DNA of 64,000 bases from NCBI GenBank assembly GCA_963813215.1, contig CAWEXZ010000010.1, positions 160,540-224,539 on the forward strand. The letters are read 5' to 3'. The notes under the pieces are model-generated. The model searched no databases. It saw nothing but the letters and a program-made list of their open reading frames with translations, and had not been told where the DNA came from. Positions 57,349 through 64,000 of the stretch are shown here, piece by piece; the stretch's first letter is position 1, and every line of letters starts with the position of its first letter. Origin of the DNA: an uncultured Acidobacteriaceae bacterium. GTDB taxonomy: Bacteria > Acidobacteriota > Terriglobia > Terriglobales > Acidobacteriaceae. A program made the translations under genes and the position numbers.

Positions 57349-58332
57349 ATGCGGTTGAGTTCCGGGTTGCGGATGGTTGGATGGGCGATTCTGGCGGTGG
57401 TTGTGATGGGGTTGGGGCCGGCACGGGCGCAGAACGCCCCAGCGGAGCGGCCGAAGATTACGGGGATTTCGCACGCGGCATACTTTGTGTCCGACCTGCC
57501 GAAGGCACTTGGATTCTGGCACGATCTGCTCGGATTCGACGAATACACGACGCTGAACCGGCCGGGGACGGATGCGGTCCGCATTGCGTTTGTGAAAATT
57601 AATGACCGCCAGCACATTGAGTTGTTTACCGATGCGCCTGCCCAACCGCCCAGCATGATGAGTCACCTGTGCTTTAGCGTGAGCAATGTGGAGGAGATGC
57701 GTGCGTATCTGCGCTCGAAGGGATTTGACGTGAAGCCGGGCAACGGCGGCAAGACGCAGACGGGAGATTACGCGTTCGAGATCAAGGACCCGGATGGGAC
57801 ACTGGTGGAGTTTGTCCAAAGCCTACCCACCGGGATTGAGGCCGAGAGCGCGGGCAAGTTCATTCCGAATACGCGTATTTCGAACGCGATTTACCATGTG
57901 GGATTTCTGGTGGGGAATTTAGATAAGTCGCTGGCGTTTTACGAGGGCGTGCTGGGATTCACTGAGACGTGGCGCGGCGCGAGCACTCCAGAGGAGTTGA
58001 GCTGGGTGAACCTGCGGGTACCGGACGGGAGCGATTACATCGAGCTGATGCTGTATCGCAGGACGCCTACGGGGTACGGCGGCAAGAATCATGTGTCGCT
58101 GGTCGTGCCGGACGTGCAGAAGGCGATGGCAACGCTGGAGGCGCGACCGGCCTACAAAACCTACCTGACCTATGCGAAGCCGCTGGAGATGCATGTGGGC
58201 AAAAACGGAAAGCGGCAGGTGAACCTCTACGATCCCGATGGAACGCGGGTGGAGTTGATGGAGGCGCAGACGGTGGATGGAAAGCCGCGGGCTGCGTCGA
58301 CGGCGCCGCCTCCGCCGCCGGCGCATGAGTGA
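57349..58332 (+). CDS. Secreted two-domain VOC (glyoxalase/bleomycin-resistance/dioxygenase) family protein
   Basis: Signal peptide, then two repeats of the VOC pattern (ISHAAYFVSDLPKALGFWHDLLGF and IYHVGFLVGNLDKSLAFYEGVLGF). Confidence 0.8.
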   Translation: MRLSSGLRMVGWAILAVVVMGLGPARAQNAPAERPKITGISHAAYFVSDLPKALGFWHDLLGFDEYTTLNRPGTDAVRIAFVKINDRQHIELFTDAPAQPPSMMSHLCFSVSNVEEMRAYLRSKGFDVKPGNGGKTQTGDYAFEIKDPDGTLVEFVQSLPTGIEAESAGKFIPNTRISNAIYHVGFLVGNLDKSLAFYEGVLGFTETWRGASTPEELSWVNLRVPDGSDYIELMLYRRTPTGYGGKNHVSLVVPDVQKAMATLEARPAYKTYLTYAKPLEMHVGKNGKRQVNLYDPDGTRVELMEAQTVDGKPRAASTAPPPPPAHE

Positions 58333-58382
58333 GACATGCGGCACGCCATGCAAGGGGCGGGACGCGTTATCCTGAGTCCACA

Positions 58383-58961
58383 ATGGCGAATACGAACGGT
58401 TCTTTGCACAGCGTGGGTGTTTACTGCGGCTCTTCTGAGGGCAACGATCCCGCTTTTCGCGCCGATGCGCAGGCGCTGGGTGAGGCGGTAGCTGCGGCGG
58501 GTTTGACGCTGGTGTACGGGGGCGCATGCCGCGGGTTGATGGGCGTGGTGGCGGATGCGGCGCTCAGCAAGGGCGGCGAGGTGATCGGCGTGCTGCCGGA
58601 GGCGCTGAGTGGACGCGAGATTGCGCATCAGGGGATCACGTCGCTCGAAATGGTGGGCACGATGCACGAGCGCAAGGCGCGGATCAATGAACTCTCGGAT
58701 GCGCTGGTGGCGCTGCCCGGCGGGCATGGCACGCTCGATGAGTTGATGGAGGCTGTTACCTGGGCGCAGATCGGGATTCACGCCAAGCCTTGCATCCTGG
58801 TGAACACGGCGGGCTACTGGGACGGGCTGCTGCGCTTTCTGGATTCCGCAGTGACGGCGGGGTTCGTGCGGGCGAATGATCGCGCACTTCTGCGCGTGGC
58901 GGCGAATGCGGATGAGGCGCTGGCGATGGCGGCGAGTGTTTGCGGACAGGCGCGGGGCTAA
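58383..58961 (+). CDS. LOG-family (TIGR00730) nucleotide 5'-monophosphate nucleosidase
   Basis: VGVYCGSS, LVYGGACRGLMG and the PGGHGTLDE motif. Start at ATG 58383. Confidence 0.88.
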   Translation: MANTNGSLHSVGVYCGSSEGNDPAFRADAQALGEAVAAAGLTLVYGGACRGLMGVVADAALSKGGEVIGVLPEALSGREIAHQGITSLEMVGTMHERKARINELSDALVALPGGHGTLDELMEAVTWAQIGIHAKPCILVNTAGYWDGLLRFLDSAVTAGFVRANDRALLRVAANADEALAMAASVCGQARG

Positions 58962-59050
58962 AGGTCGGAGTGCGCATTTCCTCAGGGGCTAAAGCCCCGC
59001 TCATTTTGAAGCTGTCTAATGTACGGGCTAAAGCCCGTACCCTCCAACCA
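58954..59050. repeat. Family B composite element overlapping the LOG gene stop
   Basis: GGGGCTAAAGG contains the TAA stop (58959-58961). The composite copy spans 58971-59046. Confidence 0.8.
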
Positions 59051-59083
59051 GGTCTTCGACCGCATGGTTCGTTCATTGAGTTT

Positions 59084-59119
59084 GTGCCTTCCCAGTCTCA
59101 AAATCGAGACCTGGGGCAC
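59084..59119. repeat. Family A variant
   Basis: gtgccttCCCAGTCTCaaaatcGAGACCTGGGgcac. Confidence 0.75.
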
Positions 59120-59231
59120 CCCCATCTGCACGAAATTAAGCGATCAGGGACCGAGGGCCGTACCTTCAACTGGAGCGCGAACTCTTCAATTAGAACCAGT
59201 AGCTTCATAAAGCCAGTATCTTCAATCTGCA

Positions 59232-60257
59232 ATGTATGATTTCTCTATGTCGGCGAAGGTTCGTTTTGGAGTTCTCAGCACGGCCAATATTGGCCTGAAA
59301 AAAGTTATTCCGGGGATGCAGCGCAGCGAACGGGTGGCCGTGACCGCGATTGCTTCGCGCGATCTGGCTAAAGCGCGGGCTGCGGCCGATGCGCTCGGTA
59401 TTGCCACCGCTTATGGCTCGTATGAAGAGCTGCTGGCAGATCCGAACATCGATGCCATCTACAATCCTCTGCCCAATCAGCTTCATGTTCCGTGGACGAT
59501 CAAGGCGGCCGAGGCCGGCAAGCATGTGCTGTGCGAGAAGCCTCTGGGAATGAACGCGGCGGAGGCAGAATCGTTGCTCGAGGTGCGCTCCCGTACCGGC
59601 GTGAAGATCTGCGAGGCCTTTATGGTGCGCAGCTTCCCGCAGTGGCTTCGGCTGCGCGAACTGCTGGATGCGGGACGAGTGGGCGAGTTGCGCGCGGTGA
59701 GCGGCTTCTTCAGCTACTTCAACGTCAACCCCGAAAATGTGCGCAACCGCGTGGAGACGGGCGGGGGCGGTGTGTACGACATTGGCTGCTACATGATTCA
59801 AGGGGCGCGGTATGCGTTTGGGCGCGAGCCGGCGCGGGTGGTGGCGGCGCTCGATCGCGATCCGGTGATGGGCACCGACCGGCTGGCGTCGGCGATTCTG
59901 GATTTCGGCGGCGTGCACGCGATCTTCACTTGCAGCACGCAATTGATTCCGTACCAGCGCATGCAATTTCTGGGGACGAGCGGACGGATTGAGATTGAAA
60001 TTCCGGTGAATGCGCCCAACGATCGGCCTACGCGCATCTTTATCGACTCGACCGGCGATCTGAGCGGCAGCGGAATTACCACCGAAGCATTTCCGGCGGC
60101 CGATCAGTACACGCTGCAGGGAGACGCGTTTGCGCGCGCGATTCGCGAGGGCGCGGAGGTCCCGGTTCCGCTGGAGGATTCGATCGGGAATATGGCGGTG
60201 ATCGACGCGATCTTCCGGTCGGCGGAGTCGGGACGGTGGGAAGTTCCGGGGCGGTAG
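59232..60257 (+). CDS. Gfo/Idh/MocA-family NAD(P)-dependent oxidoreductase
   Basis: VRFGVLSTANIGLKKVIP Rossmann motif and the EKPL motif (HVLCEKPLG). Confidence 0.88.
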   Translation: MYDFSMSAKVRFGVLSTANIGLKKVIPGMQRSERVAVTAIASRDLAKARAAADALGIATAYGSYEELLADPNIDAIYNPLPNQLHVPWTIKAAEAGKHVLCEKPLGMNAAEAESLLEVRSRTGVKICEAFMVRSFPQWLRLRELLDAGRVGELRAVSGFFSYFNVNPENVRNRVETGGGGVYDIGCYMIQGARYAFGREPARVVAALDRDPVMGTDRLASAILDFGGVHAIFTCSTQLIPYQRMQFLGTSGRIEIEIPVNAPNDRPTRIFIDSTGDLSGSGITTEAFPAADQYTLQGDAFARAIREGAEVPVPLEDSIGNMAVIDAIFRSAESGRWEVPGR

Positions 60258-60265
60258 ATATAGGT

Positions 60266-60315
60266 GTGCGGGTCTGGAGACCCGCACTACAGCCGGTCAG
60301 GAGACCGGCGCTACA
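60266..60315. repeat. Family C double-hairpin element
   Basis: gtGCGGGTCTggAGACCCGCactacaGCCGGTCaggaGACCGGCgctaca. It contains the TGA stop of ltaE (60297-60299). Confidence 0.85.
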
Positions 60316-61362
60316 CCGGCGCATTCCTTCAGGTCGCGGACGAAATCGTCGATGCGGGCGGGGTTTGTGTCCCAGGCGAACATGAAGCGGGCTGCGCCTC
60401 CGATGAAGGTGTAGAAATGCCAGCCGCGGGTGCGCAGGCCCTCGAGGATTGCGTCGGAGGCAAGCAGAAAAACTGCGTTGGCCTCTACCGGTTGCGCCAG
60501 GCGCACGCCGGGAATGCCTTCGATGCGCGAAGCCAGGAGCTGTGCGCAGTGATTGGCGTGCGCGGCATTGCGTCAGCCACGCGCCGCTCTCGATCATCCC
60601 CACCCACGGCGCTGAGAGGTAGCGCATCTTCGAAGCGAGCTGTCCGGCCTGCTTGCAGCGGTAGTCGAAGTCCTCGGCGAGTTTGCGATCGAAAAAGAGC
60701 ACCGCCTCGCCCACGGCCATGCCGTTCTTGGTGCCGCCGAAGCAGAGCACGTCGACGCCACTCTTCCAGGTCAACTCCGCCGGCGTGCAGCCCAGGCTGG
60801 CCACGGCGTTGGCAAAGCGCGCGCCATCCATGTGCAGGGCCAGGCGATGGGTGCGGCACTCGGCGGCGATGTCGTTGAGCTCGCGCAGCGAATAGACGCG
60901 ACCGGTCTCGGTGGCCTGGGTGAGGGTGACGGCGCGCGGCTTGGGGAAGTGGATGTCCTGGCGCTTGGTGGCCAGCTCGCGAATAGCTTGCGGTGTGAGC
61001 TTGCCTTCGGGGCCGGGCGCGACCAGGAGTTTGGAGCCGTTGGAGAAAAACTCCGGCGCGCCGCACTCATCGGTCTCGACGTGCGCGGCTTCGCAACAGA
61101 TGACCCCGTGATAGGACTGGCAGAGCGAGGCGAGCGCCAGCGAGTTGGCCGCCGTTCCGTTGAAGACGAAGTAGACTTCGCAGTCGCTCTCAAAGAGATC
61201 GCGAAAGGCATCGGCGGCGCGGGTGGTCCAGGGATCGTCGCCGTAGGAGGTAACGTGACCGTGATTCGCGGCCTGCATGGACTGCCATGCCTCGGGGCAG
61301 ATGCCTGCGTAATTGTCACTGGCGAACTGTTGGAGCAGCTCCTGGGGGTCGATGGCGGTCAT
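60297..61362 (-). pseudogene. ltaE: Low-specificity L-threonine aldolase, interrupted by a 1-nt insertion (or sequencing error)
   Basis: The N-terminal ~262 aa (FASDNYAGICPE…FGGTKNGMAVGEA…YLSAPWVGMIESGAWL) continue in another frame (RNAAHANHCAQLLASRIEGIPGVRLAQPVEANAVF…). The junction is tgg ctg A cgc aat, with the extra base at about 60573. The span is 1066 nt, i.e. 355 codons + 1. Confidence 0.85.
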
Positions 61363-61679
61363 GCGTCCTCATTTTTTTTTCATGCGCCCGAGAGGCGGGT
61401 GAAAAGGGTTGATGTCTCTATTGTAGGCATCGGCGGCGACGCGGTGCAGAGTGAGTTTGAATGTGCAGCGAAACGGAGAGCGATGCGCGCGGAAACGAAA
61501 TCGCCTGTGCTGGAGCGGCTGCGAAGCATATCGTGCGATGCAGTGCATTGCGCTCCACGCGCAATGAAGCGAACGAAAAACACGACGCGAGAGCGATGCG
61601 AATCGATTCCGCTCTTGCACGTCGCGTTCCACGTCGAAAAAATTATTGATCATTTTTCCACTTGCATGTCGTTTTTTTC

Positions 61680-61708
61680 TTGACATCGTCTCCGCATGAA
61701 TCTATACA
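61680..61708 (+). promoter_or_regulatory. Sigma-70-like promoter for the small basic peptide gene
   Basis: TTGACA (61680-61685), a 17-nt spacer, then TATACA (61703-61708), inside an AT-rich stretch. Confidence 0.5.
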
Positions 61709-61716
61709 TTCTTCAA

Positions 61717-61736
61717 CTGCAATGTATTCATTGCAG
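61717..61736. promoter_or_regulatory. Perfect 8+4+8 palindrome just downstream of the promoter (operator or 5' UTR hairpin)
   Basis: CTGCAATG-TATT-CATTGCAG. Confidence 0.35.
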
Positions 61737-61772
61737 AATCGATGCAACCCATCGAAAAGGGAGAATAGGCAA

Positions 61773-61856
61773 ATGGCAACCAAGAAAGCAGCCAAGAAGG
61801 CACCTGCGAAGAAGGCCGTAAAGAAGGCCGTCAAGAAGACCGCGAAGAAAAAGTAA
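61773..61856 (+). CDS. 27-aa Lys/Ala-rich basic peptide (histone-H1-like tail type)
   Basis: MATKKAAKKAPAKKAVKKAVKKTAKKK. GGGAGA Shine-Dalgarno 8 nt upstream, a TTGACA-17-TATACA promoter upstream and a strong intrinsic terminator downstream. Confidence 0.6.
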   Translation: MATKKAAKKAPAKKAVKKAVKKTAKKK

Positions 61857-61886
61857 CCGGTCGACCAACCAAAAGGCAACACTTCA

Positions 61887-61920
61887 GGGGGACGCTTTAA
61901 GCGTCCCCCTTGGTGTTTTT
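61887..61920 (+). terminator. Rho-independent terminator after the small basic peptide gene
   Basis: GGGGGACGC-tttaa-GCGTCCCCC followed by TTGGTGTTTTT. Confidence 0.85.
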
Positions 61921-61958
61921 GGGGGAGAATAGATTGGAGCAGGAGAACGGAGGCAAGT

Positions 61959-62702
61959 ATGACGCGACGCCGCTGGATTGCCGAGCATTGGGACGAGGCG
62001 ACGGCCACGCTCATGGGCGAGCAGGCCGCGCACATGGCGCGCGTATTGCGCGCGCAACCTGGCATGGAAGCCGATGTGGTGGCCGGGGGACGGGTGTTCC
62101 ATGCAGAAGTGGCCGCGGTGCGGCTGAATCACGGCGAGAGCGAGGTGCGGCTCAACCTTCTGGCGGAACTCGAGGCCGATCCCGCACTGCCGGTGACGCT
62201 GGTGATGGCGGTGTACAAATTCGACCGCATGGAGTGGGTGCTGGAGAAGGCGACGGAGCTGGGCGTGGCGGAGATTGCGCCGGTGATTGCGCGGCGGACA
62301 GAGAAGCACCTGGCCGAAGCGGCGGAAAAACGCGCAGAGCGCTGGCGGCGGATTGTGCACGAGGCGGCCAAGCAGTCGCGGCGTTCGGATGTGCCGCTCA
62401 TTCATGATCCGGGTACGCTGGCGGCGCGCGTGAAGGCGACGGCACGAGGCACGCGCATTGTGCTGGCCGAGCAGGAGCGGACCACGACGCTGCGTTCGCT
62501 GATTGAGGAAGCTGCCGAAGCGGCCGGCGAGGAGATGCCGGCGCTGGAGATCGCGATTGGGCCGGAAGGCGGATGGGCGCCGGGCGAGGAAGCGCTCTTC
62601 GATGCGAATGGGTGGAGGGCGGCCTCGCTGGGTCCGCGGATTCTGCGCGCGGAGACGGCGGCAATTGCGGCGCTGGCGGTGGTGGCTTCGTGTCTGGAAT
62701 GA
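61959..62702 (+). CDS. rsmE: 16S rRNA (uracil1498-N3)-methyltransferase
   Basis: 247 aa. KFDRMEWVLEKATELGV and IGPEGGW...LGPRILRAETA are RsmE signatures. Confidence 0.9.
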   Translation: MTRRRWIAEHWDEATATLMGEQAAHMARVLRAQPGMEADVVAGGRVFHAEVAAVRLNHGESEVRLNLLAELEADPALPVTLVMAVYKFDRMEWVLEKATELGVAEIAPVIARRTEKHLAEAAEKRAERWRRIVHEAAKQSRRSDVPLIHDPGTLAARVKATARGTRIVLAEQERTTTLRSLIEEAAEAAGEEMPALEIAIGPEGGWAPGEEALFDANGWRAASLGPRILRAETAAIAALAVVASCLE

Positions 62703-62728
62703 GAAACAGCAGGTCAGCAAATCAGCGG

Positions 62729-62820
62729 GTGCGGGCCGGGAGGCCCGCACTACAGCCGGTCTTCCACCCCAGCGACGAAGACCTGTCGTTGGGGACCCCG
62801 GTCTAGAGACCGGCGCTACA
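62729..62820. repeat. Family C element split by a ~37-nt insert
   Basis: The left half gtgcgggccgggaggcccgcactacagccggt and the right half ccggtctagagaccggcgctaca are separated by cttccaccccagcgacgaagacctgtcgttggggacc. It contains the TAG stop of uxaA (62816-62818). Confidence 0.8.
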
Positions 62821-64000
62821 AAGACACGCCGCGCTTCCAGGGGATGAAATCTACCTGACCGCGCTGCTCGGCCTTGGTTTGGCGCGAGCCGCTGGCTACT
62901 TCTAATGAAAGCGCGAGAAGCTTCTCGCCTAGCTCCGCTGCCGAGGCTTCGCCTGTGACGATGGGGCCGGCGTCGAAGTCGATGATGTCGCTCATGCGCT
63001 CGGCGAGCGTGGTGTTCGTTGAAATTTTGAGAACCGGCGCGATGGGGTTGCCGGTGGGTGTGCCGAGGCCGGTGGTGAATAGAACAAGGTTCGATCCGGC
63101 GCCGACCTGTGCGGTCACGCTCTCCACATCGTTGCCGGGTGTGCACTGCAGGGTAAGGCCCGGCGCTTTCACATATTCGGGATAGTCGATGACGTCGCTG
63201 ACCGGCGAGACGCCGCCTTTGCGCGCGGCGCCGGCGGACTTGATGGCGTCGGTGATGAGGCCATCGCGGATGTTGCCGGGCGAGGGATTGAAGGCGAAGT
63301 CGGACTGCACGGCGCGCGCACGGGCCGCATAAGCCTGCATGAGGCCGGCGAAGCGCTCGGCGAGTGCGTCGGTGGCACAGCGGTTGATCAGTTCCTGCTC
63401 TACGCCGTGGAGTTCGGGAAATTCCGAGAGGATGGTTTTGCCGCCGGAGCCGGCGACGAGATCGGAGACGTAGCCGACGGTGGGGTTGGCAGAGATGCCG
63501 CTGAAGCCGTCGGAGCCTCCGCACTGCAGGCCAACGGTGAGCGCGGCGAGTGGCGCGGGCGCACGCTCACTGCAATTCGCATCAGCGAGCGCGGCCACGG
63601 TCTGGTCGAGGGCTTTTTCCATCAGAGCGGCTTCGGTTCCAGACTTTTGCTGATCGAAGATGAGAACCGGCTTACGCATCGCGGGGTCAAGGGCACGGAG
63701 TTGTTCGAGAAGCAGACCGGATTGCGCATTCTGGCAGCCGAGGCTGAGGACGGTTGCGCCGGCGACGTTGGGGTGGTGGATATAACCGGCGATGAGACCG
63801 CAGAGAGCCTGCGCATCCTGGCGCGTTCCGCCGCAGCCGAGTTGATGGGTGAGGAAACGGATGCCGTCGAGGTTGGGGAATGGCCGCTCATCGAGTTCTA
63901 CTGAGTTCGTGCTCTCCCACCCTTCGGGCAAACTGCGCCCGAAGGATGGGGCGCCCGGCTTTTGATCATGGATCAGCTTGCGTACGCGCTGCCGGTAGGC
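62816..64000 (-). CDS. uxaA: Altronate dehydratase (UxaA family), 5' end beyond window
   Basis: Colinear with the E. coli UxaA C-terminal two-thirds, from memory (LQCGGSDGFSGISANP, NPSPGNIRDGLIT, LQCTPGNDVESVTAQVGAG, LFTTGLGTP, DFIPWKRGVSL). The frame stays open from 63932 to 64000 (AYRQRVRKLIHDQKPGAPSFGRS), so the ORF-track TTG start at 63931 is not the real start. Confidence 0.88.
   Translation of the reverse strand, partial: AYRQRVRKLIHDQKPGAPSFGRSLPEGWESTNSVELDERPFPNLDGIRFLTHQLGCGGTRQDAQALCGLIAGYIHHPNVAGATVLSLGCQNAQSGLLLEQLRALDPAMRKPVLIFDQQKSGTEAALMEKALDQTVAALADANCSERAPAPLAALTVGLQCGGSDGFSGISANPTVGYVSDLVAGSGGKTILSEFPELHGVEQELINRCATDALAERFAGLMQAYAARARAVQSDFAFNPSPGNIRDGLITDAIKSAGAARKGGVSPVSDVIDYPEYVKAPGLTLQCTPGNDVESVTAQVGAGSNLVLFTTGLGTPTGNPIAPVLKISTNTTLAERMSDIIDFDAGPIVTGEASAAELGEKLLALSLEVASGSRQTKAEQRGQVDFIPWKRGVSL
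63909..63954. repeat. Family A element located in-frame inside uxaA
   Basis: gtgctctCCCACCCTTCGGGCaaactGCGCCCGAAGGATGGGGcgc. On the coding (minus) strand it is translated as GAPSFGRSLPEGWEST. Confidence 0.85.

Noticed and set aside
61369-61686. 105-aa minus-strand ORF, and the 61662-61856 plus-strand 64-aa ORF, in the ltaE / small-peptide intergenic region.
   Set aside because: Composition is atypical (R/F/H-rich), there is no Shine-Dalgarno, and the ORF spans promoter-like AT-rich DNA. Only the last 27 codons of the plus-strand ORF, with their own Shine-Dalgarno and ATG, look like a gene.
1-64000. Mobile genetic element, prophage, genomic island or defence system (restriction-modification, toxin-antitoxin, CBASS, retron and similar).
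   Set aside because: I recognised no integrase, transposase, recombinase, phage structural protein, nuclease/helicase/methylase or toxin-antitoxin-like gene pair. The only compositional anomalies are short AT-rich intergenic islands. The repeat families are non-autonomous, with no associated transposase in the window.

Overview
High-GC (about 60%) chromosomal segment with about 49 protein-coding genes. It most likely comes from an Acidobacteriota (Terriglobia-like) genome. That is an inference from the CarboxypepD_reg-type TonB-dependent receptor, the abundant NtrC-family regulators, and dense short intergenic repeat families whose pseudo-translations read like GWESTN or KPVPFK.

Gene content is mostly housekeeping, metabolic and signalling:
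- MacB-type ABC exporter and an MlaEF-like ABC pair
- typA
- rpiB-tkt followed by a GH15 glucoamylase
- NtrY/NtrX-like pair and a PDZ-GAF-PAS kinase with an NtrC-type regulator
- ald with a divergent Lrp-family regulator
- NfnAB-like oxidoreductase
- ECF sigma / anti-sigma / CpxP-like envelope-stress cluster
- otsA-otsB, araD, rsmE and a partial uxaA

I saw no rRNA, tRNA, CRISPR array, transposase, integrase, phage gene or recognisable defence gene. I could not identify a convincing new multi-gene system.

The signals most worth follow-up:
1. An orphan 1086-aa giant flagellin built from repeated IN-like modules, with a good sigma-28 promoter and a structured leader.
2. Five families of short structured repeats (called A-E here). 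They abut or overlap stop codons of about 12 genes, and in two cases sit in-frame inside coding sequences (a sensor kinase and UxaA).
3. Purine-rich GGGAAC/GGGACA tandem arrays placed directly after stop codons, always in gene-sense orientation.
4. Three single-base frameshifts, in ald, an acyl-CoA dehydrogenase and ltaE.
5. Unusual signalling architectures: a membrane-sensor::OtsA fusion, a PDZ-multiTM-GAF-PAS kinase, and a receiver gene followed by two small DUF5985-like membrane proteins.
6. Two AT-rich non-coding islands, one carrying a perfect 28-bp palindrome.

All functional calls come from reading motifs in the supplied translations. No database search was run. Repeat boundaries are approximate, to within a few nucleotides.
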